DNA of 64,000 bases, taken from the NCBI GenBank assembly GCA_964057225.1, contig OZ059895.1, forward strand, positions 13,392,001 through 13,456,000. The letters are read 5' to 3'. Within the stretch, counting starts at the first letter, position 1; every line of letters starts with the position of its first letter. Source of the stretch: Auanema rhodensis. Its lineage: Eukaryota > Animalia > Nematoda. Below, piece after piece: positions 10,901 through 20,191 of the stretch. The notes below the pieces were generated by a model. That model was not told the origin of the DNA and made no database searches. It saw only the letters and a list, made by a program, of their open reading frames with translations. The translations under genes were made by a program, and so were the position numbers.

Positions 10901-13900
10901 TACTCTCCCAATCGGCTTCTGGCGGAACATATGGTAGAATTGGCTTATGCTTAAAGGGTTCACAAGCCGGAATTTCTCCAATTATTGCCTGTCCGATGAC
11001 TGAATTAGCTTCCATAGCTATTGTTTCATCGGTATTGTTACGGAACATAACATATACTCCACTGGTATCACGAAACGCAGTTGGATATAATGATTTTAAT
11101 GCGCTTCCACTATCCCCTAAGACAACCACTTCGTTAGATTCTAGTGGTTTATCTGTCTTTATTGGGATAGGTGCCTCTTCATCAGGCTTTAATGTTTTTG
11201 TTCTTAAATTAATGATATTCACAGTTATCTCCGTATGCTTAATAGATTCGTTTCCTATTAATGGGATGGCATTGTTTCCAATCTCCAACCTCTTCTTGGA
11301 TGGTTTAAGGCTGACGTCGATGTTTTCGCTGTCAAGCGCTTTCATGAAATCTAGTCCAATCAAAGCAGGAGCAGGACAGTCACGATCGTTTGAGACCAAA
11401 AAGGTGTGTTCGATCTCGTAGCCGGCAATTTCAATTACAAGATTTATCTTTCCATAAAATGTGAAAGTGGACTTGTTGGCTGCCATCGCTACTAAATGTC
11501 TCTTCTTGACATTTTCGGCCATGTTCAGATATTTGAGGGTGGAGAGCCTAACATATGACACTGATGAGCCTGAATCCCATAAAGCTAAAATCAGTTTATC
11601 TTCAACTGATATATATATTAATGGTAACTTTGTTTCCGCTGATGCAATAGAAGCAACAAATGGTATTGCGATTGGAATAAATGTTACTAAAGCAGGATAG
11701 TATTGCTTCATGATGTTATCTGGCATCTGTTGGTCTGGGCGGCTTACAAGTTCCAATGTTTCTTCATAGCCTGGGGGCTCATTATCTATTTCATGGACAT
11801 GCATTACGGTTAGTGGAGTGGCTCTGAAGAACCAAAATTTAGCAACAACGAAAAGAATTATTAATACTGCGGCAATCGTGACTATTGATCCTATAAAGAT
11901 GAGTGTTCTCTCAATTGAACCTATTAGAAATTGTTTTACGCTAGTCCAGGCGGAAGTTGTGAACTCAGCTGCTTTAGAGATATAGTCACTGCCCTTTTTC
12001 AAAAGATTAAAGGCTGACGTAATCTTTGGATCGTTGTGAATAGTATGTAAAACATGGTTCTGTCGTATGGATGCTAAACTTGCTCCATATGCAATAGCTG
12101 TTGACATTGAGTAAACTCTCAATGATAAATTGGTGTATAAGTTAGCGCCTGTGAACTTTAAAGGTGTTAATTGGTGGTATTGCGCTTTATCAAAGAGTGA
12201 TATTGGTTTTACTTCAACCGATCCATTTATATTTATCCATTCTCCATTTTGATAGTACACATCTGTTGGTACATGTTCGCAATCTATCTCTTTTCCATGT
12301 GTTAATAAGTCTCTTGATCCTGGAGCAGCAAAATATAATCTCTCATCTTCTGTTATTACTGGTGTTTCCAAATAGCATGTATCATTGATCTTATGATTAT
12401 GATAAACAGCTTTAGGTTGAAGAGGTAAGCATATATGAACATGAACTATATCGCTGCCTACGAAACGGGCTGCAATATCCTCTCTTCCTAAAATAGTCCT
12501 CATTGCTATTGTGGGTTCTATGTGTAAAATAGAACGCCATAGCTCGAGGTATCTATTTTGAATCTCACATATGGATTCATAAGATTCCATAAAATGTTTC
12601 TGTAGCTCTTCTTGTATGAGTGTTGTTGTATATTGTAGATGATCTTGAGCTATTCTGCGAGATACGTTGAGGTTGAATTGTATTTCGTTGTTCACTTTTG
12701 ACGCTGTATACGTTGCCTGAGCCTGAATTTCTCTGGTTTCTACGGGTGGAGATGATGTTCTTTGTTTCCTTAAGGTTCGTGACGCCGTGTCAGTGACTGT
12801 TGCTAATGTTGTTGGCGAGAGAGTCGTAGTTATCACGGCTGTTGTCGTGTCAACTATGGTTGTCGTCGGAATCCGAGTCGTATAGCTTATAGTTGTCTCC
12901 TGAACTAGTGAAGCGGGTTTGTCCGTTGTTGTCGTTAATGACAGTCTTCTAGTCAGATAAGGCGGTGTTTCAATATCCTCTAACAGTGGTAAAAATGTTT
13001 TTATAAGTAGCTGGCGTGTATCCGCGCTTGGGGTTTGAATGCGAGGGTGGGGGCCCATCGATATACCGTAGTTAGAATCTTTATCTCGATATAGTTTGTT
13101 GGTATCTGGCACATTGATTGTTAATTGTCGGAACTTTTCATCATCTACGGCTGCTGCTGTTTTATTTGGCCTTATTACTCGCAATGTCATCAAGTTATGG
13201 TATAAGTAAAGTGTATTTCTAAGTACTATACGCTCATCAGCATTGTCAGTTGTTAAAGTTGGTCGGATAGGCGGCATGTTCACAAAGGATTTTAAAACCT
13301 CTTGCCTTGATGGTACCGACAGATTGTTTTCAAATATTACCGGTGTATAAGCTAGCTCCATCGCTATGCTTTCGGCTCTTTCGCGGTAGGATCCGTCCTT
13401 TTCTAGTAGTTTTTCGTCAAATTCGTGTGCTGTTAATCTGTCACCTATCTGTTCTAATAATTGTTGTGAGGTTAAATACCGTATAGCGCCGCGAGTGGTT
13501 GCTGCCAGTTCCTTTTGCGCAAGAAAATAAAGTATTGCTTCCTCAGGGTCGTGTATTTCGTATGTTTGAAGGAAACGTTGTATGGATTTATCAGATACGG
13601 GACTTCTTAAGAAGAAATAAAACTTCTCGGGATGTGCTGAAACCCAATCAATAATTGAATATGAAGGGTTGACAGCTCGTCTGGCCTTTATAAGCGGTAT
13701 TATCTGATAAATACCAGGATTACTCATCACCGGTCGTAAGAAAGGATAAGGACAAATATTTAATATTAAAGTTTCAAAATCTTCCTGTTTTTGTATCCAC
13801 TCCTTGTTTAATTCAACCGTGCATTCCGCAATTGCTCTTTTATCTCTTTTCGCCGGAAGTTTCGTATATTCTCTCTCTATTAAAACATGGATATTGGTGT

Positions 13901-16661
13901 CATTTGGGTACTGTGGTAAGAGAATGTAATTGCCAGTCGTGGTGTGGAAGATTGGCTGTTTAAAACAAGAAGATATTTGCTTCGGTATCTCTTTTTGATC
14001 GATTACAAGGGCTGATTGAGTGGTTGGTAACAGAATAATGCCGTCTCCAATTATCGCATCATATTCACTCATGTCGATATAGTTGCATCGATATTCATAA
14101 GGCTGTTTCTCCCATATGATGATTGAGGTATCTGATGCACATTCTCCATGATGCGCTAAGCATCCTTCAGTATTTAGTATTAAATTGGAGATTATAGTTT
14201 CATCTGGCATCCGTGTCATAGCCCCTCTTTCGATAACCAATCTGGCTTTCTCTTTACATAGTTCATTATTAAAAGATCGGCCTGGCGAGAAGGAAGGCTC
14301 GTCAGTTGCATATGTTATGCTGTCGATCTTCTTTAATTCACTCCAATTCCATCTTCTATCTCTCACTGCCAGTCTGCATTCTGCAGCTGGTATCTTTTCA
14401 ATTCTCGCTATCGTTGTATTGGTATCTCTAAGGAACAAAAGGTCTCTGATACACATTTTATGAATTTCTTTGGAGCATCTCCATGCATCCCATTCATGTG
14501 CCGTTTGATTCCTTGTATAAAGATGAACTTTTGTTCGTAAGATATGCTTTATTGGTGGTAATAAGCATTTTCGGAGAGATGGGGGACGGAGAAGGGCTCC
14601 TCCAGTAGCTTTAGTACATAGCTGGTATGCTTCAGCTGTTGTAACCAGTGATAAGATTACTGATAAAGCTACGGCTAAAGTCAAAGGAGATATCAGAGTC
14701 AAATTATTGACTCTTGAGCCTCTACCTCTGCCTCTATTGTTGTTATTTCCCCTAAAGGTACTGTTATTTCTCTGTCTATTATTGCTCATTTCTTGATTTT
14801 GTGATGCATTGTGGCTTCTTTGATACCCATTTTGATTTTGATTCTGATAATTTCGACCGCGGTCACCAAAATTGCGGTTCCTAGCAAATGGGTTTTGGAA
14901 ATTCCAGCCTTTTTGATTTTTTGAAAATTTATGATAATTTTGATTGTTTTGAAAGTTTGGATGATAATTGTTATAATTATTATTATAATTTTGATAATTT
15001 TTATTATTAAAAGATTGATAACCTCTTGCCATACCTCTCCCACCATTGTTTCTGCGCGGGGGGAAAGTTCTTTCAATTGCGTTAACCAATAGCGCCTGAG
15101 GGTCTGCTACTTGGTTTGCAATTGATTCCTCCCAGCGAGCACTATCAACAGCCTCAGCAAAAGTTTTGGGTTTTGCTCGAATTACCCCTGGGCGTATCGT
15201 ATTTTTCAAGCCTCTCAAAAATGTGGACCTCAGAATGTGATCTTTATGAGTATCACTATTAGAGAAAGCATTTAAGCTGAGGTTTCTTAACGTTTGTGCA
15301 AAACCATCAATTGATAAATCGCCTTGAGTGCTGTTTTGAAGTGTGATAAGGGCAGGGTCTTGATTGTATTCGGGACACAGCTTGGATGTTAACTCTTCTA
15401 TTAGGGTAACCCAAGGTCCAGCTGTTCTGACCTTGTCAGGTAGCTCTAAATAAGCTTCCTCTGCTCTATCATTTTTCAATAGTAATGGTAAAATAGTTAG
15501 TCTTTCGGGCATCACTAAGCCTAAGGCGTTAGAAAAGGTATTAAACTTTGCCACGAAATCTCTAAAGTTACGACTTCCGTCGTATATGGGGCAATAAGGT
15601 GAGCTTAATGCGTGCGCAATGGTAGATTTACCAGCTCCCGGAAGACGTGGTGTCTCCGTCATGGTTGGTATATCCTCAGGGTATGTGCGAGATGACGTAA
15701 TCCCTTTACTGCCTGAGCTTCTCGCCGTTAAGTTCTTACCTCCCTTTTTCGAGTTACCAGATGTTGGATAACTAATGGTAGGGGCGGCTGAGGAGAACCG
15801 CTTCCCTGGGAGTTTGATAACTCGACTCGTTGCCTGAGGCGTCGAATGTATTGAAACGCTTGAACTGGGTATAGCGCTATCTGACTTATTAAGGGTTGGG
15901 TTGGAGGATACGTGAAGAGAGTTATCAACTTGTTCTGTTGTTACCTCCCCTGGAGACAAATTCAAAACTTTTATTAAGCGAGCTGTCAAAGATTTCTTAC
16001 TTTTGAACTTATCAGTAGTTAGTGATAAGGGCAAAACTTCGGTAATTTCCTGATTTGGTTCTACGGGATTATTAGAGGTTGAGCGCCTACGCGGTGTATT
16101 AGTTTTTCTTTTATTAATCTTTTTAGAATCAAGCTTTTTCGAATCAAGCTTATCAGTGATAACTGATAAGGGTGATTTGCGAATAGTGAGAGATGAGGTT
16201 TTATTAAGTTGTGAGTTTTCTGTCGGAGTGGAAAATGCCTGCGGTGTTAGAGTTAGTTCAAAAGAAGATGCAAGATCGTTATCAGTATTAACTGATAAAG
16301 TTGATAAGTTTAGGTGGGGGGTGGCTGGTGAAGTATTAGAGGTTATTTGTTTTGGTTTTTGAATTTTTTGAATCTTTTTATTACTTTTAAAAGAGTGTAC
16401 CTTTGGAGTTGAAGCTGAAGTTTGAATATTGTAGTCCTGAATATAGAAATCAGGGTCCTCCTCGGTGTTGTCCGGAGGTGAATACGTGCCTTCTCGAGGA
16501 ATGAAGGTTTTCTCGACTTTGGGTTTTACCTCTTGTTCAGGCTCTTCAATCTGAACACTGAGGAGTCGAGTGCGGCTTCTGGTTCGACTGGCGACTGCGA
16601 TGTCGTCACTGGACTCAGAAGGGTATAGAGCAGGGACGGCCGAAGAGTATCTTCGTGCCAC
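7953..16661 (-). CDS. Gag-Env(gB-like)-PR-RT-RNaseH-IN polyprotein of element B (start uncertain: GTG at 16661, first ATG at 15662)
   Basis: Gag capsid motifs (YDGS.., QGDLSIDGFA..FLRGL); signal peptide 14628-14696; furin RDKR 13836-13847; TM 11841-11903; protease LWDSGS near 11575; RT YLDD 10245-10256; RNase H ESDGS..IEALG; integrase HHCC, DDE core and GPY motif. Confidence 0.95.
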   Translation of the reverse strand: MARRYSSAVPALYPSESSDDIAVASRTRSRTRLLSVQIEEPEQEVKPKVEKTFIPREGTYSPPDNTEEDPDFYIQDYNIQTSASTPKVHSFKSNKKIQKIQKPKQITSNTSPATPHLNLSTLSVNTDNDLASSFELTLTPQAFSTPTENSQLNKTSSLTIRKSPLSVITDKLDSKKLDSKKINKRKTNTPRRRSTSNNPVEPNQEITEVLPLSLTTDKFKSKKSLTARLIKVLNLSPGEVTTEQVDNSLHVSSNPTLNKSDSAIPSSSVSIHSTPQATSRVIKLPGKRFSSAAPTISYPTSGNSKKGGKNLTARSSGSKGITSSRTYPEDIPTMTETPRLPGAGKSTIAHALSSPYCPIYDGSRNFRDFVAKFNTFSNALGLVMPERLTILPLLLKNDRAEEAYLELPDKVRTAGPWVTLIEELTSKLCPEYNQDPALITLQNSTQGDLSIDGFAQTLRNLSLNAFSNSDTHKDHILRSTFLRGLKNTIRPGVIRAKPKTFAEAVDSARWEESIANQVADPQALLVNAIERTFPPRRNNGGRGMARGYQSFNNKNYQNYNNNYNNYHPNFQNNQNYHKFSKNQKGWNFQNPFARNRNFGDRGRNYQNQNQNGYQRSHNASQNQEMSNNRQRNNSTFRGNNNNRGRGRGSRVNNLTLISPLTLAVALSVILSLVTTAEAYQLCTKATGGALLRPPSLRKCLLPPIKHILRTKVHLYTRNQTAHEWDAWRCSKEIHKMCIRDLLFLRDTNTTIARIEKIPAAECRLAVRDRRWNWSELKKIDSITYATDEPSFSPGRSFNNELCKEKARLVIERGAMTRMPDETIISNLILNTEGCLAHHGECASDTSIIIWEKQPYEYRCNYIDMSEYDAIIGDGIILLPTTQSALVIDQKEIPKQISSCFKQPIFHTTTGNYILLPQYPNDTNIHVLIEREYTKLPAKRDKRAIAECTVELNKEWIQKQEDFETLILNICPYPFLRPVMSNPGIYQIIPLIKARRAVNPSYSIIDWVSAHPEKFYFFLRSPVSDKSIQRFLQTYEIHDPEEAILYFLAQKELAATTRGAIRYLTSQQLLEQIGDRLTAHEFDEKLLEKDGSYRERAESIAMELAYTPVIFENNLSVPSRQEVLKSFVNMPPIRPTLTTDNADERIVLRNTLYLYHNLMTLRVIRPNKTAAAVDDEKFRQLTINVPDTNKLYRDKDSNYGISMGPHPRIQTPSADTRQLLIKTFLPLLEDIETPPYLTRRLSLTTTTDKPASLVQETTISYTTRIPTTTIVDTTTAVITTTLSPTTLATVTDTASRTLRKQRTSSPPVETREIQAQATYTASKVNNEIQFNLNVSRRIAQDHLQYTTTLIQEELQKHFMESYESICEIQNRYLELWRSILHIEPTIAMRTILGREDIAARFVGSDIVHVHICLPLQPKAVYHNHKINDTCYLETPVITEDERLYFAAPGSRDLLTHGKEIDCEHVPTDVYYQNGEWININGSVEVKPISLFDKAQYHQLTPLKFTGANLYTNLSLRVYSMSTAIAYGASLASIRQNHVLHTIHNDPKITSAFNLLKKGSDYISKAAEFTTSAWTSVKQFLIGSIERTLIFIGSIVTIAAVLIILFVVAKFWFFRATPLTVMHVHEIDNEPPGYEETLELVSRPDQQMPDNIMKQYYPALVTFIPIAIPFVASIASAETKLPLIYISVEDKLILALWDSGSSVSYVRLSTLKYLNMAENVKKRHLVAMAANKSTFTFYGKINLVIEIAGYEIEHTFLVSNDRDCPAPALIGLDFMKALDSENIDVSLKPSKKRLEIGNNAIPLIGNESIKHTEITVNIINLRTKTLKPDEEAPIPIKTDKPLESNEVVVLGDSGSALKSLYPTAFRDTSGVYVMFRNNTDETIAMEANSVIGQAIIGEIPACEPFKHKPILPYVPPEADWESKLPYFPRDFIKDLDLENADLTKEEKHELTKIIESHREAFLNEDRKIGLFKGSIEHTIPLRTDMDMPKPRITRIPLGKQEEIEKQVKEMLEQGIIEPSTSLFNSPVVLVKKKDDTYRFVTDFRALNNVTRKQTYVIPSISDIVDLAAGAQFFSNFDLVSGFFQISLRKSDRPLTAFTTTSGTYQYKRMPMGLCGAPHTFQTAVRYLQSKCSCKLFVYLDDLLVISDTREQHLKDIDDLLQAVEELGMKIKLKKCAFAQPEVKFLGLIVGRQGIKPDPQKVAAIQDYPAPKNATGVRAFLGMVGFFRKFMKDFARIASPLYDLTKADTEFKWENKHQEALDLLKRSLIQAPVLSPPKSDRLFIVESDGSNIAIGAVLLQPEDPKQPLKNLHPIAFASRKLVKAERNYAPIEIEALGLVYALNQFRTYILGTHTICITDHRPLTSLMTRRDLFGRLAKFQLVIQEYDIEIKYRAGQLNKVCDALSRYIGEEANDAKPETKKKKMEEIHINAINTPTIKEIQLSTPWIKRTIAEIEYRAQKNMTANDRYCVINDLLYTKPTDKKPQPAIVIPQEHPIIEEIIKVFHEDPTIAAHQGIIKTKEAILRRFYWTNMQNDITIFIKNCIKCAQRKKDPHSMTVQPIGHFEIPSKPFERVHMDVMGPFPPSKRNCTYVITMQDAFTKWSTTIAVPQITTEITIDRFLRHFVYIFGPPHRLITDRGSNFVSKKFEEMCTKLGIKHEPTLPHQKNSNGQVERLHRTLEEGLTHYLKEDLSDWDTVLPKITFAINNIQHATTGIAPYIALFGKECRMSMDAELPETITKIQEISEELLQRRPDMDKRDEIIKNRIAKNQENAKKKKDRTQRAHHRDIQPGDMVMTTIKSHQIGQKLRKSYDGPYEVINVEGSKVQIRNSSGKLQDIHKDNLKIFSPASQNISYNTRARFRESQAEEDSDIEIIEVINRNNKDSIDTEPEDENEDEIWLPRNEEE

Positions 16662-17082
16662 TTTGGAATCACTCTTGGTTTGGAAAAACCGCGAGTGTTT
16701 CGTTATATGGGGGATGTTGACGTTGAATGAGTGACAAGAAATTCAGGTCGGTTATAGGGAAAAGTAAGAAAAGTTTGAAGATTGAGACGTGGCGTCTTTC
16801 GCCGAGAATCGTTATTAGATGAGAAAGAGTTTTAAAATCTTGGCCTGAGATCTGGCTCCGCCTATCTACCGTATTCTCTTTTCTTTATTCTATTTCACAG
16901 ATGTTCATCAATTATAAATTTTGTTGGTCTTCGCTCTTTCTAGCCTCAATCTTAATACTTTACTCTAATTGAATTCTTGAAAGTATGAGAGAGATTTTCA
17001 GTCGTTTTATGTCCCCTTTTTATGCATAAGAATCTTTATATTTGTAGAGCTGAAAAAAAAAAAAAAATAAATAAATCAAAGA

Positions 17083-17616
17083 ATGGCTTATGAAGGTCTA
17101 TCGGGAATGACTTTTGTCTTGAGGAAGCTGTACGCTGACCTCGTCTTGTATGATCAAGACGAAGTGTTAGCTTATAGGCCGCACCCAGACATAATTAAGA
17201 TGGTTGGTTAAAACAAAGAAACATGTTATCTTAATAAGAATTTTTAGTTTATTGAGGATTTAAAGATGCATTATCTGGGAAGGGGATTAGTAAACTTCTC
17301 CCTAATGCAGGAAATAGCGGATGAGGTTGCAGCTATCCGGCGATGGTGCCTCACCGACTTGTGCGCGCATTGGTATGAAAACCCAAATCTGGTCGCATCC
17401 CCTTGGAATTGGTATGAGCATAAGTCTCATGATTTTTATGATTATATGTCTAAAATTTTGTTTAAAATTTATTTATTTTATGAACAGTCTCCTATGGGCT
17501 TATTGCTAAGGACCTCTGCGGATTCAGTGTATTCGCAGTATTTAGAGCCTAGCGATGAGCCCATCTCACAGCCTATAGAATTTGTGAGACAGTTGCATTT
17601 TAAATGGGGCTTTTAA
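17083..17616 (+). CDS. Predicted two-exon antisense accessory gene of element B (join 17083-17202, 17248-17616; 162 aa; unknown function)
   Basis: 40-codon ATG exon, then a 45-nt GT..TTTTTAG intron spliced in frame to the 116-aa ORF; AATAAA at 17633-17638. Confidence 0.65.
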
Positions 17617-18572
17617 CAATTGTTTTATATATAATAAATACTTAATTTCACTCATTTGTTCTCTCTCTCTTTTTTTTTCATAACACAAACTTTGGTCGAG
17701 CTTATTAATAAAGAAGGAGTGCGTGCGCCTTGGGAAAATGGCTCATGTGCACGTTGATTATTAAAAGCCGTGGGCGATTCTTTTTCGGAATGATTATGGC
17801 ATGCTAATGAGATTCCGAGAATATTTAAAAAGATTGCTCATTTTACTAATGGACTGAGACCAAAGCTCGTTTATAAAACGCAATTTTTTTCTTTAAACCA
17901 TTCTACTAATTTATAGAATATTACAATATGAATACTACGGTAGGTGTGTGGGAATATCTTATGATGTTAGCAACAAAAATGAGCTGAGAAAGGTGACACA
18001 TTCTACGGAGAAGAAAACATCCGTAGCCCATGTGCTTTCGCCAAAATGACCTGACAGGCAATAAAATTTGTGCCAGGATTTTTCGGACTAGTGTGGTCTA
18101 TTCTCACAATCAAAAAAAAATAAAAACCGAATAACGGCTCCCGCAAAAATATTTAGTTAGCATGCTCTTTTACGCCTGAATTTAACTTTCAAATCTCTAG
18201 TCCTGACCACAATAAAATATTAAACTTTGTGCGCTTTCAAAATTTCATTCTAACTCCTCGTTGCCAAATAATAATGTAATCAAAATTTCGTTTGGTGAAA
18301 TTGTCCCCTATTTCGATCCAAACGTCCTCAAAAAAAAATGCAAGAGAAGCGGTGCAGGATACGGTATTATAAGGGTGGACACTCAGACGGTTTTATGAGT
18401 GGGGACAGCGGGTGAAATTTCAAAATTATATAGTCCTAGCTCTCTGAAAGAGAGATCCCTTGTACCTGCACCTTATACAAGTTGGCGCCCTCATTATGTT
18501 GCTAACCGTGGAGGAAGTTTTAATTTAGATATCAAAATATGGACTTTTTATGCGAGTTTTTGCGACAAAAAT

Positions 18573-18593
18573 GAGTTCGAGGTGGAACCTCCA
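18573..18593 (-). other. Primer binding site of element B (tRNA-Gln; 13-nt core plus 8-nt T-arm match)
   Basis: TGGAGGTTCCACC then TCGAACTC directly after the 5' LTR. Confidence 0.85.
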
Positions 18594-18959
18594 CGTTCCA
18601 TTATGCTCCTACGTATATTGAACAGACCATTGTAGTCTGCTCAACTACGCGTATAGTATTCCATAAGTGTAGCGGTATGGAAACAGAGCATAAGGATTAC
18701 ATAAGATAAGGAAATATATAGGTTTATTATACACAATACAATATCATTACAATACAATAACACAAGTATAAAGTAAACTACATTTACAAGACAAAGACTA
18801 ATATATAAGATTAACTAAGTTAGATGCAAACCGTCCATGGGCTTGCAAAGGGGCGAACTCCCGAATAGGGGCATGAGGGAAGGCGGTGCCATTCCTCATT
18901 CCTCTAGTCGGTCTGGCTCTAACCCTGCAGTTACATATATAGAGTCTCCGAATGGAACG
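18594..18959 (-). repeat. Family B 5' LTR (366 bp)
   Basis: Direct repeat of 6887-7252. Confidence 0.95.
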
Positions 18960-19002
18960 AAAATCAGCTGCATTGCGTACTTTCAACGTGGTATGATCGT
19001 TA
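18960..19002 (-). pseudogene. Truncated 5S-like fragment (first ~30 nt plus terminator-like tail), representative of the copy downstream of every 5S gene
   Basis: AACGATCATACCACGTTGAAAGTACGCAAT versus 5S TACGACCATACCACGTTGAAAGTACGCCAT, offset 130 bp. Confidence 0.8.
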
Positions 19003-19015
19003 AAAAAAATTGAAA

Positions 19016-19134
19016 AGCTTACGGCACCCGGGATTCCCAAGCCGTCTCCGATCCAAGTACTAACCGGGCCCAACGTTGCTTGACTTGCCAGATCGGACGG
19101 GATGGCGTACTTTCAACGTGGTATGGTCGTAAGC
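19016..19134 (-). rRNA. 5S rRNA
   Basis: 119 nt GCTTACGACCATACCACGTTGAAAG...GTTAGTACTTGGATCGGAGAC...GTAAGCT followed by an oligo-T terminator; nematode-type 5S. Confidence 0.97.
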
Positions 19135-19544
19135 GAAAATACCTGATATTCAATGATTTACATACTTATCCTCGTTATTGTTTTTTTTCCAATTTCATGT
19201 TAGTTATGTAATTTTCTACGTTACATCTAAATTCCTCGATGATATCAAATCTTATGAGCTCCAAATACAATAAATTAAAAAAGGTTTCACAGTTGTATAG
19301 TGTTAAAACAATGTTTGTTTCAATAGGAAATAGATAGAAACAGTAAAGTTAAGATGAAGGTTCATAAACTACTGGTTTATAACTGTAATATAGAAATAAG
19401 ATTGAAGATATTTTGATGCCTTGGGTTGAGCTATCTAAGTAAAACTGCTAGAAAATTAAAAACATTTGTTACGGAAGAGATAAAATTGAAAATCAGCTGC
19501 ATTGCGTACTTTCAACGTGGTATGATCGTTAAAAAAAATTGAAA

Positions 19545-19663
19545 AGCTTACGGCACCCGGGATTCCCAAGCCGTCTCCGATCCAAGTACTAACCGGGCCC
19601 AACGTTGCTTGACTTGCCAGATCGGACAGGATGGCGTACTTTCAACGTGGTATGGTCGTAAGC
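19545..19663 (-). rRNA. 5S rRNA
   Basis: Array copy (1 SNP). Confidence 0.95.
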
Positions 19664-20072
19664 GAAAATACCTGATATTCAATGATTTACATACTTATCC
19701 TCGTTATTGTTTTTTTCCAATTTCATGTTAGTTATGTAATTTTCTACGTTACATCTAAATTCCTCGATGATATCAAATCTTATGAGCACCAAATACAATA
19801 AATTAAAAAAGGTTTCACAGTTGTATAGTGTTAAAACAATGTTTGTTTCAATAGGAAATAGATAGAAACAGTAAAGTTAAGATGAAGGTTCATATACTAC
19901 TGGTTTATAACTGTAATATAGAAATAAGATTGAAGATATTTTGATGCCTTGGGTTGAGCTATCTAAGTAAAACTGCTAGAAAATTAAAAACATTTGTTAC
20001 GGAAGAGATAAAATTGAAAATCAGCTGCACGGCGTACTTTCAACGTGGTATGATCGTTAAAAAAATTTGAAA

Positions 20073-20191
20073 AGCTTACGGCACCCGGGATTCCCAAGCC
20101 GTCTCCGATCCAAGTACTAACCGGGCCCAACGTTGCTTGACTTGCCAGATCGGACGGGATGGCGTACTTTCAACGTGGTATGGTCGTAAGC
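20073..20191 (-). rRNA. 5S rRNA
   Basis: Array copy. Confidence 0.95.

Larger units (their letters stand above)
6887..18959 (-). mobile_element. Family B env-bearing Ty3/gypsy LTR retroelement, full length (12073 bp), 4-bp TSD AAAA
   Basis: 366-bp LTRs at both ends that look identical, PBS, PPT, intact 2902-codon ORF with PR-RT-RH-IN order; the flanks reconstitute spacer TTG[AAAA]TCAGC. Confidence 0.96.

Noticed and set aside
10513-11421. 302-aa antisense ORF, and the similar 31527-31838 and 58583-58894 ORFs
   Set aside because: Non-ATG start, codon-register shadow of pol, length not conserved between families
19135-19500. Spliced-leader (SL1) RNA gene in the 5S spacer, as in many nematodes
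   Set aside because: No GGTTTAATTACCCAAGTTTGAG-like leader followed by a GT donor and Sm site; GGTTTATAACTG only matches the first bases
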